64,000 nt of DNA from Escherichia coli (GCF_045037415.1 NZ_CP173438.1); one strand, 5' to 3'. Shown: positions 1 through 11,489, counted from the stretch's first letter. Program-made: numbers and translations. Notes: a model not told the origin generated them from the letters alone.

Positions 1-1749
1 TGGTATCAGCAGCCGATGTATCTTCTGGCCGGTGCCGTCTGGTACAACGTCCTGACACTTATTGGTCATCTGCTGTTCCCGGTCCGCCCGCTGCAGGACA
101 ACCTGGCGCGTTGCTATGAACAACTGGCGCGTTATCTTGAGCTCAAGTCGCGCATGTTTGATCCTGATATTGAAGATGAAAGCCAGGCACCGCTGTACGA
201 TTTGGCTCTCGCCAACGGTCAGCTGATGGCGACATTGAATCAGACGAAACTCTCGCTGCTGACCCGCTTACGTGGCGATCGTGGTCAACGGGGAACGCGT
301 CGCACACTGCATTATTACTTTGTCGCGCAGGATATTCACGAGCGTGCCAGCTCTTCTCATATTCAATATCAAACATTGCGTGAACATTTTCGCCACAGCG
401 ACGTGCTGTTCCGTTTTCAGCGGCTGATGTCGATGCAGGGCCAGGCGTGCCAGCAACTGTCACGCTGTATTTTGCTGCGTCAGCCTTATCAACATGATCC
501 GCATTTTGAGCGCGCTTTTACGCATATTGATGCTGCGCTGGAGCGGATGCGCGATAACGGCGCGCCTGCTGATTTACTCAAAACACTGGGATTTTTACTG
601 AACAATTTACGTGCCATTGATGCCCAACTGGCAACAATTGAATCAGAACAGGCCCAGGCACTGCCCCATAATAATGACGAAAATGAGCTCGCTGATGACA
701 GCCCGCACGGATTGAGTGATATCTGGCTGCGTCTTAGCCGTCACTTCACGCCGGAATCCGCCCTCTTCCGTCATGCGGTAAGAATGTCGCTGGTGTTGTG
801 CTTCGGCTACGCCATCATTCAGATAACCGGAATGCATCACGGGTATTGGATCTTGCTGACAAGTTTGTTTGTCTGCCAGCCAAACTATAACGCCACGCGC
901 CACCGCCTGAAGTTAAGGATTATTGGTACGCTGGTAGGTATCGCAATTGGTATTCCTGTGCTGTGGTTTGTGCCATCATTGGAAGGGCAGCTGGTGCTGC
1001 TGGTTATTACCGGCGTGCTCTTTTTTGCCTTCCGTAACGTGCAATACGCCCATGCAACGATGTTCATCACACTTTTGGTGCTACTGTGTTTCAACTTGCT
1101 GGGTGAAGGTTTTGAAGTGGCGTTACCTCGCGTAATCGATACGCTGATTGGTTGTGCCATTGCGTGGGCGGCAGTGAGCTACATCTGGCCTGACTGGAAG
1201 TTTCGCAATCTGCCGCGAATGCTCGAACGCGCCACAGAGGCCAACTGCCGGTATCTCGATGCCATACTGGAACAATACCATCAGGGGCGTGATAACCGTC
1301 TGGCGTATCGTATTGCCCGCCGCGATGCACACAACCGTGATGCTGAACTGGCGTCGGTGGTATCAAATATGTCCAGCGAACCGAACGTTACCCCGCAAAT
1401 TCGCGAAGCCGCGTTTCGGTTGCTGTGCCTTAACCATACGTTTACCAGCTATATCTCAGCCCTCGGTGCTCACCGGGAGCAGTTAACTAATCCTGAAATT
1501 CTGGCGTTTCTTGATGACGCCGTTTGCTATGTTGATGACGCGCTACATCATCAACCTGCTGATGAAGAACGCGTCAATCAGGCATTAGCTGGCCTGAAAC
1601 AGCGGATGCAGCAACTTGAACCACGGGCAGACAGCAAAGAACCTCTGGTCGTACAACAAGTTGGGTTATTGATTGCATTACTGCCAGAGATTGGTCGTCT
1701 GCAACGCCAGATTACTCAAGTTCCGCAGGAAACTCCTGTTTCGGCGTAA
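1..1749 (+). CDS. yccS: Inner membrane protein YccS, 5'-truncated at window edge (C-terminal ~577 codons present)
   Basis: ORF 16..1749 continues in frame to position 1 with no stop; hydrophobic multi-TM sequence; K-12 synteny (convergent overlap with sxy). Confidence 0.8.
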   Translation, partial: WYQQPMYLLAGAVWYNVLTLIGHLLFPVRPLQDNLARCYEQLARYLELKSRMFDPDIEDESQAPLYDLALANGQLMATLNQTKLSLLTRLRGDRGQRGTRRTLHYYFVAQDIHERASSSHIQYQTLREHFRHSDVLFRFQRLMSMQGQACQQLSRCILLRQPYQHDPHFERAFTHIDAALERMRDNGAPADLLKTLGFLLNNLRAIDAQLATIESEQAQALPHNNDENELADDSPHGLSDIWLRLSRHFTPESALFRHAVRMSLVLCFGYAIIQITGMHHGYWILLTSLFVCQPNYNATRHRLKLRIIGTLVGIAIGIPVLWFVPSLEGQLVLLVITGVLFFAFRNVQYAHATMFITLLVLLCFNLLGEGFEVALPRVIDTLIGCAIAWAAVSYIWPDWKFRNLPRMLERATEANCRYLDAILEQYHQGRDNRLAYRIARRDAHNRDAELASVVSNMSSEPNVTPQIREAAFRLLCLNHTFTSYISALGAHREQLTNPEILAFLDDAVCYVDDALHHQPADEERVNQALAGLKQRMQQLEPRADSKEPLVVQQVGLLIALLPEIGRLQRQITQVPQETPVSA

Positions 1750-2341
1750 GAGAGTCAGCCCATTCTGCAAGCTCCTGGCGGCGTGCCACTGGGAGCGCAG
1801 CTTCATGAATGCCGATAATGGCCCCTTCAAGCATAAACAGAATCTTTTCTGTCACCAGACAGTTTTGCTGCCGCAGTCGCAACCAACACATTTTTGCCCC
1901 AAGTATACGTAACGCCCGTACATCCTTAATCCCCACCTCCCCGAGAATCGCTTCCAGATGAAAAGACATATTGGGCAAATCTTTCAGTCTTTCCCGGGTA
2001 TTGCGCGTGCTTTTCTCTTTCAGCGCTGCATCGAGAGAATATTTCGACAGACGCACCAGCTTCAGTTGATTTCGCCATAGACTTTCATCAACTCGATAGT
2101 AATTGAGGGTAACGGATCGGCCACACTTTTTATATGTCAGCCAGACAGGCGGATGTTTTACACAGTACTGTGCACTTTGCTCACAAGCCCGAAGATACAA
2201 CTCACCATCAGAAACCATCGCAAACACCGTGTCGTCAACGGTCAGGCTGTAACTACCAAACAATGATCGGTATTCAATTGTGCCCAACGTTGCCAGGTAT
2301 TCTTGTGATTTATAGATCCGCTTATAGGAGAGGCTTTTCAT
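1712..2341 (-). CDS. sxy: Competence/CRP-S regulator Sxy (TfoX), 209 aa
   Basis: 209-aa ORF, sequence recognised as Sxy; position next to sulA as in K-12. Confidence 0.88.
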   Translation of the reverse strand: MKSLSYKRIYKSQEYLATLGTIEYRSLFGSYSLTVDDTVFAMVSDGELYLRACEQSAQYCVKHPPVWLTYKKCGRSVTLNYYRVDESLWRNQLKLVRLSKYSLDAALKEKSTRNTRERLKDLPNMSFHLEAILGEVGIKDVRALRILGAKMCWLRLRQQNCLVTEKILFMLEGAIIGIHEAALPVARRQELAEWADSLTPKQEFPAELE

Positions 2342-2517
2342 AAAATTCCTTTTAAAATCATAACATAAAAGAATGATTCACATTAACGGATCCGTTAACT
2401 ACGAAAATAGGCAACTTATTCTTAAGGGGCAAGATTAATTTATGTTTTCCCGCCACCAACGACAAAATTTGCGAGGCTCTTTCCGAAAATAGGGTTGATC
2501 TTTGTCGTCACTGGATG

Positions 2518-2537
2518 TACTGTACATTCATACAGTA
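2518..2537 (+). promoter_or_regulatory. LexA SOS box upstream of sulA
   Basis: TACTGTACATTCATACAGTA matches the CTGT-N8-ACAG LexA consensus, about 25 bp upstream of the sulA start. Confidence 0.8.
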
Positions 2538-2559
2538 ACTCACAGGGGCTGGATTGATT

Positions 2560-3069
2560 ATGTACACTTCAGGCTATGCACATCGTTCTTCGTCGTTCTC
2601 ATCCGCAGCAAGTAAAATTGCGCGTGTCTCTACGGAAAACACTACAGCCGGGCTTATCAGTGAAGTTGTCTATCGCGAAGATCAGCCCATGATGACGCAA
2701 CTTCTACTGTTGCCATTGTTACAGCAACTCGGTCAGCAATCACGCTGGCAACTCTGGTTAACACCGCAACAAAAACTGAGTCGCGAATGGGTTCAGGCAT
2801 CTGGGCTACCCTTAACGAAAGTAATGCAGATTAGCCAGCTCTCCCCTTGCCACACCGTGGAGTCAATGGTTCGCGCTTTACGCACGGGCAATTACAGCGT
2901 GGTGATCGGTTGGTTGGCAGATGATTTGACTGCAGAAGAGCATGCTGAACTTGTTGATGCGGCAAATGAAGGTAACGCTATGGGGTTTATTATGCGTCCG
3001 GTAAGCGCATCCTCTCACGCAACGAGACAACTTTCCGGGCTAAAAATTCACTCTAATTTGTATCATTAA
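2560..3069 (+). CDS. sulA: SOS cell-division inhibitor SulA, 169 aa
   Basis: Translation from [11 protein letters not shown] matches SulA; track ORF starts 2 codons upstream at 2554. Confidence 0.9.
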   Translation: MYTSGYAHRSSSFSSAASKIARVSTENTTAGLISEVVYREDQPMMTQLLLLPLLQQLGQQSRWQLWLTPQQKLSREWVQASGLPLTKVMQISQLSPCHTVESMVRALRTGNYSVVIGWLADDLTAEEHAELVDAANEGNAMGFIMRPVSASSHATRQLSGLKIHSNLYH

Positions 3070-3424
3070 GTAAATTTAGGATTAATCCTGGAACTTTTTT
3101 TATCGCCCAGCCAATGCTTTCAGTCGTGACTAATTTTCCTTGCGGAGGCTTGTCTGAAGCGGTTTCCGCGATTTTCTTCTGTAAATTGTCGCTGACAAAA
3201 AAGATTAAACGTACCTTATACAAGACTTTTTTTTCATATGCCTGACGGAGTTCACACTTGTAAGTTTTCAACTACGTTGTAGACTTTACATCGCCAGGGG
3301 TGCTCGGCATAAGCCGAAGATATCGGTAGAGTTAATATTGAGCAGATCCCCGGTGAAGGATTTAACCGTGTTATCTCGTTGGAGATATTCATGGCGTATT
3401 TTGGATGATAACGAGGCGCAAAAA

Positions 3425-4477
3425 ATGAAAAAGACAGCTATCGCGATTGCAGTGGCACTGGCTGGTTTCGCTACCGTAGCGCAGGCCGCTCCGAAAGATA
3501 ACACCTGGTACACTGGTGCTAAACTGGGCTGGTCCCAGTACCATGACACTGGTTTTATTCCTAACAATGGTCCGACCCACGAAAACCAACTGGGTGCAGG
3601 TGCTTTTGGTGGTTACCAGGTTAACCCGTATGTTGGCTTTGAAATGGGTTACGACTGGTTAGGTCGTATGCCGTACAAAGGCGACAACATCAACGGCGCA
3701 TACAAAGCTCAGGGCGTTCAGCTGACCGCTAAACTGGGTTACCCAATCACTGACGATCTGGACATCTACACTCGTCTGGGTGGTATGGTATGGCGTGCAG
3801 ACACCAAGGCTAACGTACCTGGTGGCGCATCCTTTAAAGACCACGACACCGGCGTTTCTCCGGTCTTCGCTGGCGGTGTTGAGTATGCGATCACTCCCGA
3901 AATCGCTACCCGTCTGGAATACCAGTGGACCAACAACATCGGTGATGCACACACCATCGGCACTCGTCCGGACAACGGCATGCTGAGCCTGGGTGTTTCC
4001 TACCGTTTCGGTCAGGGCGAAGCAGCTCCAGTAGTTGCTCCGGCTCCAGCTCCGGCACCGGAAGTACAGACCAAGCACTTCACTCTGAAGTCTGACGTTC
4101 TGTTCACCTTCAACAAAGCAACCCTGAAACCGGAAGGTCAGGCTGCTCTGGATCAGCTGTACAGCCAGCTGAGCAACCTGGATCCGAAAGACGGTTCCGT
4201 AGTTGTTCTGGGTTACACTGACCGCATCGGTTCTGACGCTTATAACCAGGCTCTGTCCGAGCGTCGTGCTCAGTCCGTTGTTGATTACCTGATCTCTAAA
4301 GGTATCCCGGCAGACAAAATCTCCGCACGTGGTATGGGCGAATCCAACCCGGTTACTGGCAACACCTGTGACAACGTGAAACAGCGTGCTGCACTGATCG
4401 ATTGCCTGGCTCCGGATCGTCGCGTAGAGATCGAAGTTAAAGGCATCAAAGACGTTGTAACTCAGCCGCAGGCTTAA
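3425..4477 (+). CDS. ompA: Outer membrane protein A, 350 aa, variant surface-loop allele
   Basis: Signal peptide [21 protein letters not shown], beta-barrel, APAPAPAP hinge and C-terminal OmpA/peptidoglycan-binding domain; track ORF 3338..4477 includes 29 spurious upstream codons. Confidence 0.95.
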   Translation: MKKTAIAIAVALAGFATVAQAAPKDNTWYTGAKLGWSQYHDTGFIPNNGPTHENQLGAGAFGGYQVNPYVGFEMGYDWLGRMPYKGDNINGAYKAQGVQLTAKLGYPITDDLDIYTRLGGMVWRADTKANVPGGASFKDHDTGVSPVFAGGVEYAITPEIATRLEYQWTNNIGDAHTIGTRPDNGMLSLGVSYRFGQGEAAPVVAPAPAPAPEVQTKHFTLKSDVLFTFNKATLKPEGQAALDQLYSQLSNLDPKDGSVVVLGYTDRIGSDAYNQALSERRAQSVVDYLISKGIPADKISARGMGESNPVTGNTCDNVKQRAALIDCLAPDRRVEIEVKGIKDVVTQPQA

Positions 4478-4490
4478 GTTCTCGTCTGGT

Positions 4491-4520
4491 AAAAAACCCC
4501 GCTGCTGCGGGGTTTTTTTT
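4491..4520. terminator. Rho-independent terminator between convergent ompA and matP
   Basis: AAAAAACCCCGCTGCTGCGGGGTTTTTTTT: GC stem flanked by A and T runs. Confidence 0.8.
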
Positions 4521-4552
4521 CGCCTTGCGTAAATTGAACTGACTTTTGACAG

Positions 4553-5005
4553 TTATTCCTTACCCAGCAATGCCTGCAGATCCTGCTTCAAAGAAGACAT
4601 TTTATTCGCGTATTTCTCTTTGTTTTCCGCATCTTCAATCAGCTGAACAATCGTTTCAGAAAGCGTTTTACCGCGACGCTGCGCAAGGCCAGCCAGACGT
4701 TGCCAGACGATAAATTCCAGATCGATCGATTTTTTGCGCGTATGCTGGTGTTCCGCATTAAAATGGCGCTTCCGTCTGGCCCGAATGGTCTGCTTCATGC
4801 GATTGACCAGTTCCGGATTCATATGCTTGTCAATCCAACCATTTACCAGCACGGGTTCATTTTCCAGCGAGAGCAACTCATCGACGGCTTCCTGGGCGGC
4901 ACTGGCTTCTATGTAACGGGTGATTAACTCCCCTTCGCGGTGCTTCTTCACCAGATACTTCCATTTCCAACCGCTTTCAAGATTTTCAAGTTGTTGATAT
5001 TTCAT
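4553..5005 (-). CDS. matP: Macrodomain Ter protein MatP, 150 aa
   Basis: 150-aa ORF recognised as MatP (YcbG); K-12 synteny. Confidence 0.9.
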   Translation of the reverse strand: MKYQQLENLESGWKWKYLVKKHREGELITRYIEASAAQEAVDELLSLENEPVLVNGWIDKHMNPELVNRMKQTIRARRKRHFNAEHQHTRKKSIDLEFIVWQRLAGLAQRRGKTLSETIVQLIEDAENKEKYANKMSSLKQDLQALLGKE

Positions 5006-5190
5006 AGCGATCTCAATGTTACCGTGTAACTCTTTACAGAATATCAGCTTTTTAGGCCAGTGAAGAAAAGAATCTCCATCCTGTGAGCTTTAACGCCCAT
5101 GCCAGGCGTATTGTCGTTGCTTTCTACGTGTGCTGCAGTGCCGGTTACGGTATAATCGCGGCTTTGACAACAGACTAAAAAACATCAACT

Positions 5191-6951
5191 TTGACCATTA
5201 CGAAACTTGCATGGCGTGACCTGGTTCCTGATACCGATAGCTATCAGGAAATATTTGCTCAGCCACATTTGATTGACGAAAACGATCCTTTATTCAGTGA
5301 TACTCAACCGCGACTGCAATTTGCGCTGGAGCAGTTGCTGCATACGCGAGCATCCTCCTCTTTTATGCTGGCGAAGGCCCCGGAAGAGTCTGAGTATCTG
5401 AATCTTATTGCTGATGCCGCGCGTACGCTACAAAGCGATGCAGGCCAACTGGTGGGCGGTCACTATGAGGTTTCCGGCCACACCATCCGCTTACGTCACG
5501 CAGTGAGTGCAGATGATAATTTTGCGACTTTAACGCAAGTTGTCGCTGCCGACTGGGTAGAAGCAGAGCAACTCTTTGGCTGCCTGCGTCAGTTTAATGG
5601 CGATATTACCCTGCAGCCTGGTCTGGTGCATCAGGCAAATGGCGGTATTCTCATCATCTCTTTGCGTACACTGCTGGCGCAACCTCTGCTGTGGATGCGG
5701 CTGAAAAATATCGTTAACCGCGAGCGTTTTGACTGGGTTGCGTTTGATGAGTCGCGCCCTCTCCCCGTCTCTGTGCCTTCGATGCCATTGAAGCTGAAAG
5801 TCATTCTGGTAGGCGAACGCGAATCATTGGCTGATTTCCAGGAGATGGAGCCAGAGCTTTCAGAGCAGGCTATTTATAGCGAATTTGAAGATACTCTGCA
5901 GATTGTCGATGCGGAGTCAGTAAGCCAGTGGTGTCGCTGGGTGACATTTACCGCCAGACATAATCACTTACCAGCACCGGGAGCGGATGCCTGGCCGGTA
6001 CTTATCCGCGAAGCAGCACGCTACACTGGTGAACAAGAAACACTTCCGCTTAGCCCGCAGTGGATCCTCCGCCAGTGTCAAGAGGTCGCCTCCCTGTGTG
6101 ATGGCGACACCTTCTCCGGCGAGCAGCTAAACTTAATGCTACAGCAGCGTGAATGGCGCGAAGGTTTCCTCGCTGAACGCATGCAGGATGAGATCCTTCA
6201 GGAGCAAATCCTGATTGAAACCGAAGGCGAACGCATCGGGCAAATTAACGCCCTTTCGGTCATTGAATTTCCGGGTCATCCACGCGCTTTTGGCGAACCT
6301 TCTCGCATTAGCTGCGTTGTGCATATTGGCGATGGTGAATTCACCGACATCGAACGCAAAGCGGAGCTTGGCGGCAATATCCATGCGAAAGGGATGATGA
6401 TCATGCAAGCGTTCCTGATGTCGGAACTACAGCTTGAGCAACAGATCCCCTTCTCAGCATCGCTGACATTTGAGCAGTCATACAGTGAAGTGGATGGCGA
6501 TAGTGCCTCGATGGCTGAACTCTGCGCTCTGATCAGCGCCCTCGCCGATGTGCCGGTGAATCAGAGTATCGCTATCACAGGTTCAGTCGATCAGTTCGGT
6601 CGCGCCCAGCCAGTCGGTGGTTTAAATGAGAAAATCGAAGGCTTCTTTGCTATTTGCCAGCAACGTGAGTTAACGGGGAAACAAGGTGTCATTATCCCCA
6701 CTGCTAACGTTCGCCATTTAAGTCTTCACAGTGAACTGGTGAAAGCGGTAGAAGAAGGCAAATTCACCATCTGGGCAGTAGACGATGTGACTGACGCACT
6801 GCCGTTATTATTAAATCTGGTGTGGGATGGCGAAGGCCAGACGACGCTGATGCAAACCATCCAGGAACGTATCGCACAAGCATCGCAACAGGAAGGACGT
6901 CACCGTTTTCCATGGCCATTACGTTGGCTGAACTGGTTTATTCCGAACTGA
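5191..6951 (+). CDS. ycbZ: Putative Lon-like protease YcbZ (LonH), 586 aa, TTG start
   Basis: 586-aa ORF beginning [10 protein letters not shown] on a TTG codon; K-12 synteny. Confidence 0.85.
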   Translation: MTITKLAWRDLVPDTDSYQEIFAQPHLIDENDPLFSDTQPRLQFALEQLLHTRASSSFMLAKAPEESEYLNLIADAARTLQSDAGQLVGGHYEVSGHTIRLRHAVSADDNFATLTQVVAADWVEAEQLFGCLRQFNGDITLQPGLVHQANGGILIISLRTLLAQPLLWMRLKNIVNRERFDWVAFDESRPLPVSVPSMPLKLKVILVGERESLADFQEMEPELSEQAIYSEFEDTLQIVDAESVSQWCRWVTFTARHNHLPAPGADAWPVLIREAARYTGEQETLPLSPQWILRQCQEVASLCDGDTFSGEQLNLMLQQREWREGFLAERMQDEILQEQILIETEGERIGQINALSVIEFPGHPRAFGEPSRISCVVHIGDGEFTDIERKAELGGNIHAKGMMIMQAFLMSELQLEQQIPFSASLTFEQSYSEVDGDSASMAELCALISALADVPVNQSIAITGSVDQFGRAQPVGGLNEKIEGFFAICQQRELTGKQGVIIPTANVRHLSLHSELVKAVEEGKFTIWAVDDVTDALPLLLNLVWDGEGQTTLMQTIQERIAQASQQEGRHRFPWPLRWLNWFIPN

Positions 6952-6962
6952 TCGGACTTGTT
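6946..6962 (+). promoter_or_regulatory. Putative FadR binding site of the fabA promoter
   Basis: AACTGATCGGACTTGTT resembles the FadR operator as recalled; lies upstream of fabA and overlaps the ycbZ 3' end. Confidence 0.5.
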
Positions 6963-6963
6963 C

Positions 6964-6981
6964 AGCGTACACGTGTTAGCT
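6964..6981 (+). promoter_or_regulatory. Putative FabR operator of fabA
   Basis: Palindrome AGCGTACACGTGTTAGCT immediately upstream of fabA. Confidence 0.5.
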
Positions 6982-7019
6982 ATCCTGCGTGCTTCAATAA
7001 AATAAGGCTTACAGAGAAC

Positions 7020-7538
7020 ATGGTAGATAAACGCGAATCCTATACAAAAGAAGACCTTCTTGCCTCTGGTCGCGGTGAACTGTTTGGCGCTAAAGGCCCG
7101 CAATTGCCAGCACCAAACATGCTGATGATGGACCGTGTGGTCAAAATGACCGAAACGGGTGGTAACTTCGACAAAGGGTATGTTGAAGCAGAGCTGGATA
7201 TCAATCCGGATCTGTGGTTCTTCGGATGCCACTTCATTGGTGATCCGGTTATGCCGGGATGCCTGGGCCTGGACGCAATGTGGCAGCTGGTAGGGTTCTA
7301 CCTCGGCTGGCTGGGCGGCGAAGGTAAAGGTCGCGCGTTGGGCGTAGGTGAAGTGAAATTCACAGGTCAGGTGCTGCCGACGGCGAAAAAAGTGACCTAT
7401 CGTATTCACTTTAAACGCATAGTTAACCGTCGTCTGATTATGGGCCTGGCTGATGGCGAAGTGCTGGTTGATGGTCGTTTGATCTATACCGCCAACGACC
7501 TGAAAGTCGGTCTGTTCCAGGATACGTCTGCCTTCTGA
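7020..7538 (+). CDS. fabA: 3-hydroxydecanoyl-ACP dehydratase/isomerase FabA, 172 aa
   Basis: Translation from [14 protein letters not shown] matches FabA; track ORF 6822..7538 is an upstream in-frame extension. Confidence 0.95.
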   Translation: MVDKRESYTKEDLLASGRGELFGAKGPQLPAPNMLMMDRVVKMTETGGNFDKGYVEAELDINPDLWFFGCHFIGDPVMPGCLGLDAMWQLVGFYLGWLGGEGKGRALGVGEVKFTGQVLPTAKKVTYRIHFKRIVNRRLIMGLADGEVLVDGRLIYTANDLKVGLFQDTSAF

Positions 7539-7556
7539 TAATAATCAGACAGAGTA

Positions 7557-7595
7557 TAAAAAGGCGAAACCTCCGCAATGCGGAGGTTTCTTTTT
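7557..7595. terminator. Bidirectional rho-independent terminator between convergent fabA and rmf
   Basis: GAAACCTCCGCAATGCGGAGGTTTC hairpin flanked by A-run and T-run. Confidence 0.8.
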
Positions 7596-7607
7596 AAAGA
7601 GACAGAA

Positions 7608-7775
7608 TCAGGCCATTACTACCCTGTCCGCCATGGCTTCTCGCCAGCCTCCCAGCCATTGTGACCTTTGATTCAGCGTCTGATAGGGACACATTTCTTT
7701 TGAGCGTCCGGCGATGCCGGCCTGATAACCACGTTGATGTGCCCGTTCCAGGCGATCTCGTTTTTGTCTCTTCAT
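7608..7775 (-). CDS. rmf: Ribosome modulation factor Rmf, 55 aa
   Basis: Manual minus-strand translation MKRQKRDRLERA...DRVVMA*; below the track length cutoff, so absent from the ORF track in this frame. Confidence 0.85.
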   Translation of the reverse strand: MKRQKRDRLERAHQRGYQAGIAGRSKEMCPYQTLNQRSQWLGGWREAMADRVVMA

Positions 7776-8030
7776 GCCTCGTTTCCCTCATACTGGTTTC
7801 TGGTGGAAAAGAAAACAGTGATTACTAAATATGCAACCACAGTTAAGCAATACCGCGAATCATAACTGCCGTCAATGCGCAAAATTCACGCCACTGTCAT
7901 ATTTGTGAGCTACACGGGCATGTCGGTTGTACAAAAAATGTGAAGAGGAACAACTTTTTCCGCACGTTAGAAACAAAAAAACCGCCTCAGGCAACATACC
8001 GGAGACGGTTATATTTACAAATCTTTATGA

Positions 8031-8594
8031 TTAAGGTAGACGCTTTATCTCTTGCGCAATAGAAGCGGCTTCCTGACTCCAGACACGGGCCAGCACTTTA
8101 ACCATCTCATCGTAACCATCCTGAGTTTGCACTCCTTCCAGACGGAACGGACGTTTGATCAGTTGTCCCTGGTGGTTCAACAGCCACTCACCACTGACAA
8201 TGACCTTGCCATCATAGCGACCGTTAAACTCCGTGACGGTAACATTGAGCGTGTCCTGGGCGCTTCCCAGAGGCTGGGAGGCAACCACCCAGCCGGGCAG
8301 TTGCGTACTCAGGTTGGCAACCAGGGTGTTGCGCAACTGTTGATCCAACGGGCTGGCCCACAAGTTGTTGTTGGCAATCACATACTTCACATCACTGGTT
8401 TGATAAACCACACCATTCCCCGCCAGATAGTCAGGAACAGCGACCTGCTCAACCCATAACAGGCGATTACCCTGGCTGGCGGTGCTTTGTGTACCGCTCT
8501 GCACCACAGGTAACTGGTAATAGTTTTTATTAATTTCACCGGAGCTGCATCCGGCCAGCCACAGTGCCGCAATCGTCACTAGCCACTTTTTCAT
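8031..8594 (-). CDS. pqiC: Lipoprotein PqiC (YmbA), 187 aa
   Basis: Lipobox LAGC signal peptide; synteny with pqiAB. Confidence 0.88.
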   Translation of the reverse strand: MKKWLVTIAALWLAGCSSGEINKNYYQLPVVQSGTQSTASQGNRLLWVEQVAVPDYLAGNGVVYQTSDVKYVIANNNLWASPLDQQLRNTLVANLSTQLPGWVVASQPLGSAQDTLNVTVTEFNGRYDGKVIVSGEWLLNHQGQLIKRPFRLEGVQTQDGYDEMVKVLARVWSQEAASIAQEIKRLP

Positions 8595-10231
8595 TGTTTC
8601 GCCCTCTTCGGCTCTGGATCTTTTTTGTCCTTCGCTTCAAATACCAGCGCGTTACTCTTCTCGTTGAGCGTTTTCAGCACCGGTTGCAGTTCTCGCAACA
8701 CCTGATCAAGGCGCTGCATATCCGCCACCATCTTGTTGTAGGCTGCGGAACCAGGCTGGAAGCCCTGCATACTGCGATTCAATTCACGCAACGTTGACTG
8801 CATATCCGTCGGTAACTGCTGCATCGACTGGCTGGCGAGGATCTTGTTCATGCTATCCAGCGTCGTTTGCAGGTTTTTCATTGTGCGCTGACTTTCAGAA
8901 AGCGTACTGGTTGCCTGTTCAATCATCGGATTCAGTGGCAGTTTGTTGATCTTATCCAACGCTTCCATCAGTCGTTGCTGGATTTGCGCCAGGCCGCCGC
9001 TGACGGTCGGGATAATCTGATAACCATTAAATTCACGAATACCGGTTATTGCAGGCGTATTTGGATAGAAATCGAGATCAACATACAGTGCGCCAGTGAC
9101 CAGGTTTCCGGTTTTCAGCGATCCGCGTAAACCACGTTTCAACAATTCGCCAAGGTGCTCAACAACATCCGCATTTTCGCCAAGCTGCATTTTCAGCCGC
9201 TCTGGCTCGATACGAATCAGTACCGGAATACGGTAATCATCGTTAAATGTCTGACGCATATTCGGCGCAAAGAATGGCACTTTGCTTACGGTACCCAGGC
9301 GAATACCCCGGAATTCTACCGGAGCTCCCGGTTGCAGACCGCGTACCGAATCTTTAAAGAACATCAGATAATCAATGTGATCGGTGTACAACGAATCCTG
9401 AATGCTCTTCTGATCATCATACAAAACGAAAGCTGTTTTCGGTGCCACTGGCTGCCCTAAATCCAGACCTTCCGGCACATCAAAGCTGACACCGCCACTA
9501 AGCAGCGTTGTCAATGAGCCCATCTCCACACGCATTCCCGCTGACGTCAGATCAACCGCAATGCCACTATCTTTCCAGAAACGAACATTGCTGGTCACCA
9601 GTCGGTCATAAGGTGCATTGATGAACAGTTGATAGCTGATATTGCGTTTTTGCGTATCGAAAGTGCTGGTTTCAACCGAACCTACCCGATAGCCACGGAA
9701 CAGCACCGGATCCCCTGGCGAGAGCTGCCCGGCTTTTTTGCTATCGAGAAGCACACGGATACCTTTCGCATCAGGCGGGGCCAACGGTGGCGAGTCCAGC
9801 AAATCGTATTTATCCATTTTGCTGCCTTTCGCGCCTGGCTGCAGTTCGATATAAACCCCAGACAGCAGCGTTCCCAGGCCGCTAATCCCTTCTCGACCAA
9901 TCTGCGGTTTCACCACCCAAAAGACGGTATCTTTATGCAGCAATTTTTCCATACCGGAATTCAGCCGCGCTTTGATTTCAACGTGCGTCAAATCATCAGC
10001 CAGTGTGGCGCTTTCAACCACGCCGACGTCAACGCTACGGCTTTTAATGGTGGTTTTGCCACCTTCAATTCCTTCCGCATTCGCGGTGATCAGGGTCACT
10101 TCCGGTCCCTGATGGCTGTAATGATAAAAAAGAACCCAGGCCCCAATGAGCGCCGTGACGATAGGAAATATCCACACGGGAGACCAGTTCTTCACTTTCT
10201 GGATTTTGGCTTCCCCATTATTAGATTCCAT
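8591..10231 (-). CDS. pqiB: MCE-domain intermembrane transport protein PqiB, 546 aa
   Basis: Translation from MESNNGEAKIQKV; track ORF extends 20 codons upstream to 10291. Confidence 0.9.
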   Translation of the reverse strand: MESNNGEAKIQKVKNWSPVWIFPIVTALIGAWVLFYHYSHQGPEVTLITANAEGIEGGKTTIKSRSVDVGVVESATLADDLTHVEIKARLNSGMEKLLHKDTVFWVVKPQIGREGISGLGTLLSGVYIELQPGAKGSKMDKYDLLDSPPLAPPDAKGIRVLLDSKKAGQLSPGDPVLFRGYRVGSVETSTFDTQKRNISYQLFINAPYDRLVTSNVRFWKDSGIAVDLTSAGMRVEMGSLTTLLSGGVSFDVPEGLDLGQPVAPKTAFVLYDDQKSIQDSLYTDHIDYLMFFKDSVRGLQPGAPVEFRGIRLGTVSKVPFFAPNMRQTFNDDYRIPVLIRIEPERLKMQLGENADVVEHLGELLKRGLRGSLKTGNLVTGALYVDLDFYPNTPAITGIREFNGYQIIPTVSGGLAQIQQRLMEALDKINKLPLNPMIEQATSTLSESQRTMKNLQTTLDSMNKILASQSMQQLPTDMQSTLRELNRSMQGFQPGSAAYNKMVADMQRLDQVLRELQPVLKTLNEKSNALVFEAKDKKDPEPKRAKQ

Positions 10232-10235
10232 ACTG

Positions 10236-11489
10236 TCAGGACTCCTCATGCTCTGATTCAGGTTGACGATCCCACGACAAACGCGGGTCAAACGTCATAG
10301 CAGAAAACATTGTCATTATGACGACTAAAGCAAACATTAATGCACCCATTGCCGGATAAATACTCATTAAACCTCCCATACGCACCAGCGCCGAGAGCAC
10401 CGCGATAACGAAAACGTCAATCATCGACCAGCGGCCTACAAACTCAACAACTTCATAAATCAAATGCATTCTTTCACTGTCGCGCTTGCCGTGTCCTTTG
10501 GCATCCCAACACAGCCACGCAATGGCGATCATCTTTAACGTTGGCACCATAATACTGGCCAGAAAAATCACCGCAGCGACGGGATAAGAGCCTTCGCTCC
10601 ATAACAGAATGACCCCAGCGAGAATCGTCGACGGCATCTTCGAGCCTAATAAATCCGTCACCATGATGGGCAAAATATTAGCCGGAAGATACAGCATGAT
10701 AGACGTTACAAGCAGCGCGAGTGTCCATTGCAGGCTGTTTCTACGCCGAACGTACCCTTTGGTACTACAACGCGGGCACACGGGTTCATCAGCAGGAAGG
10801 ATTGCCGTACAACAGGAACACGAACGCAGCCCCTGGCGTATCCCCGTGACGCCTGGTTTTAGCGGCTGGCGCAGTTCTGGCATCGGGGCGATGTCGTCCC
10901 ATAACCAGCGACGATCAACGCACTGAAAAGCGCGCAGTTGCAGGACACAAAATAAACACCAGGGGAGAAAGCTGCTGCCTACCCCAATGCTGCCGTAAGC
11001 CATCAGTTTAACGAAACTGACCAGCACACCCGCGAGGAAAATCTCCGCCATTCCCCAGGTTTTGAGTTGAAAAAGCACCCGTGCCAGTTGCTCTTTTAAA
11101 CGGACCGGTAATTCCGCGCGATTCACCAGTAACAGAATGGTTATCAGACAAAACGCGGGAACCAGTTGCACAAACAACAGGAAAAAGGTGCCGAGGCTGG
11201 CGTAGTCCTCAGAAAAAAGCACGCCGGGAATTTCCAGTAATGTAATTTCACTGGTAACTCCTGCAACGTTCATATTCACAAAAGGAAACAAGTTGGACAG
11301 CAACAGCATGAACAGTGCAGCCAACGCATAGGCGGTGGGACGCTGCCGAGGGGCATCCCACGCCACGGTTAACGTTGTGCCACACCGGGGACATGCCGCT
11401 TTCTGACCATGCTCAAGGCGCGGTAACGCCACCAGCATGTCACACTGCGAGCACAGGATGTGCTTCGCGGCATGATGATGTTCGCACAT
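10236..11489 (-). CDS. pqiA: Paraquat-inducible protein A PqiA, 417 aa
   Basis: 417-aa membrane protein with paired Cys motifs; synteny. Confidence 0.9.
   Translation of the reverse strand: MCEHHHAAKHILCSQCDMLVALPRLEHGQKAACPRCGTTLTVAWDAPRQRPTAYALAALFMLLLSNLFPFVNMNVAGVTSEITLLEIPGVLFSEDYASLGTFFLLFVQLVPAFCLITILLLVNRAELPVRLKEQLARVLFQLKTWGMAEIFLAGVLVSFVKLMAYGSIGVGSSFLPWCLFCVLQLRAFQCVDRRWLWDDIAPMPELRQPLKPGVTGIRQGLRSCSCCTAILPADEPVCPRCSTKGYVRRRNSLQWTLALLVTSIMLYLPANILPIMVTDLLGSKMPSTILAGVILLWSEGSYPVAAVIFLASIMVPTLKMIAIAWLCWDAKGHGKRDSERMHLIYEVVEFVGRWSMIDVFVIAVLSALVRMGGLMSIYPAMGALMFALVVIMTMFSAMTFDPRLSWDRQPESEHEES

Noticed and set aside
6822-7538. 238-aa ORF overlapping the 3' end of ycbZ
   Set aside because: It is the fabA frame read from an upstream spurious start; the real fabA begins at 7020 (MVDKRESY), downstream of its FadR/FabR operator.
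7594-7791. 65-aa minus-strand ORF in the fabA-pqiC spacer
   Set aside because: Wrong frame; manual translation of the overlapping frame gives the canonical 55-aa Rmf (7608..7775).
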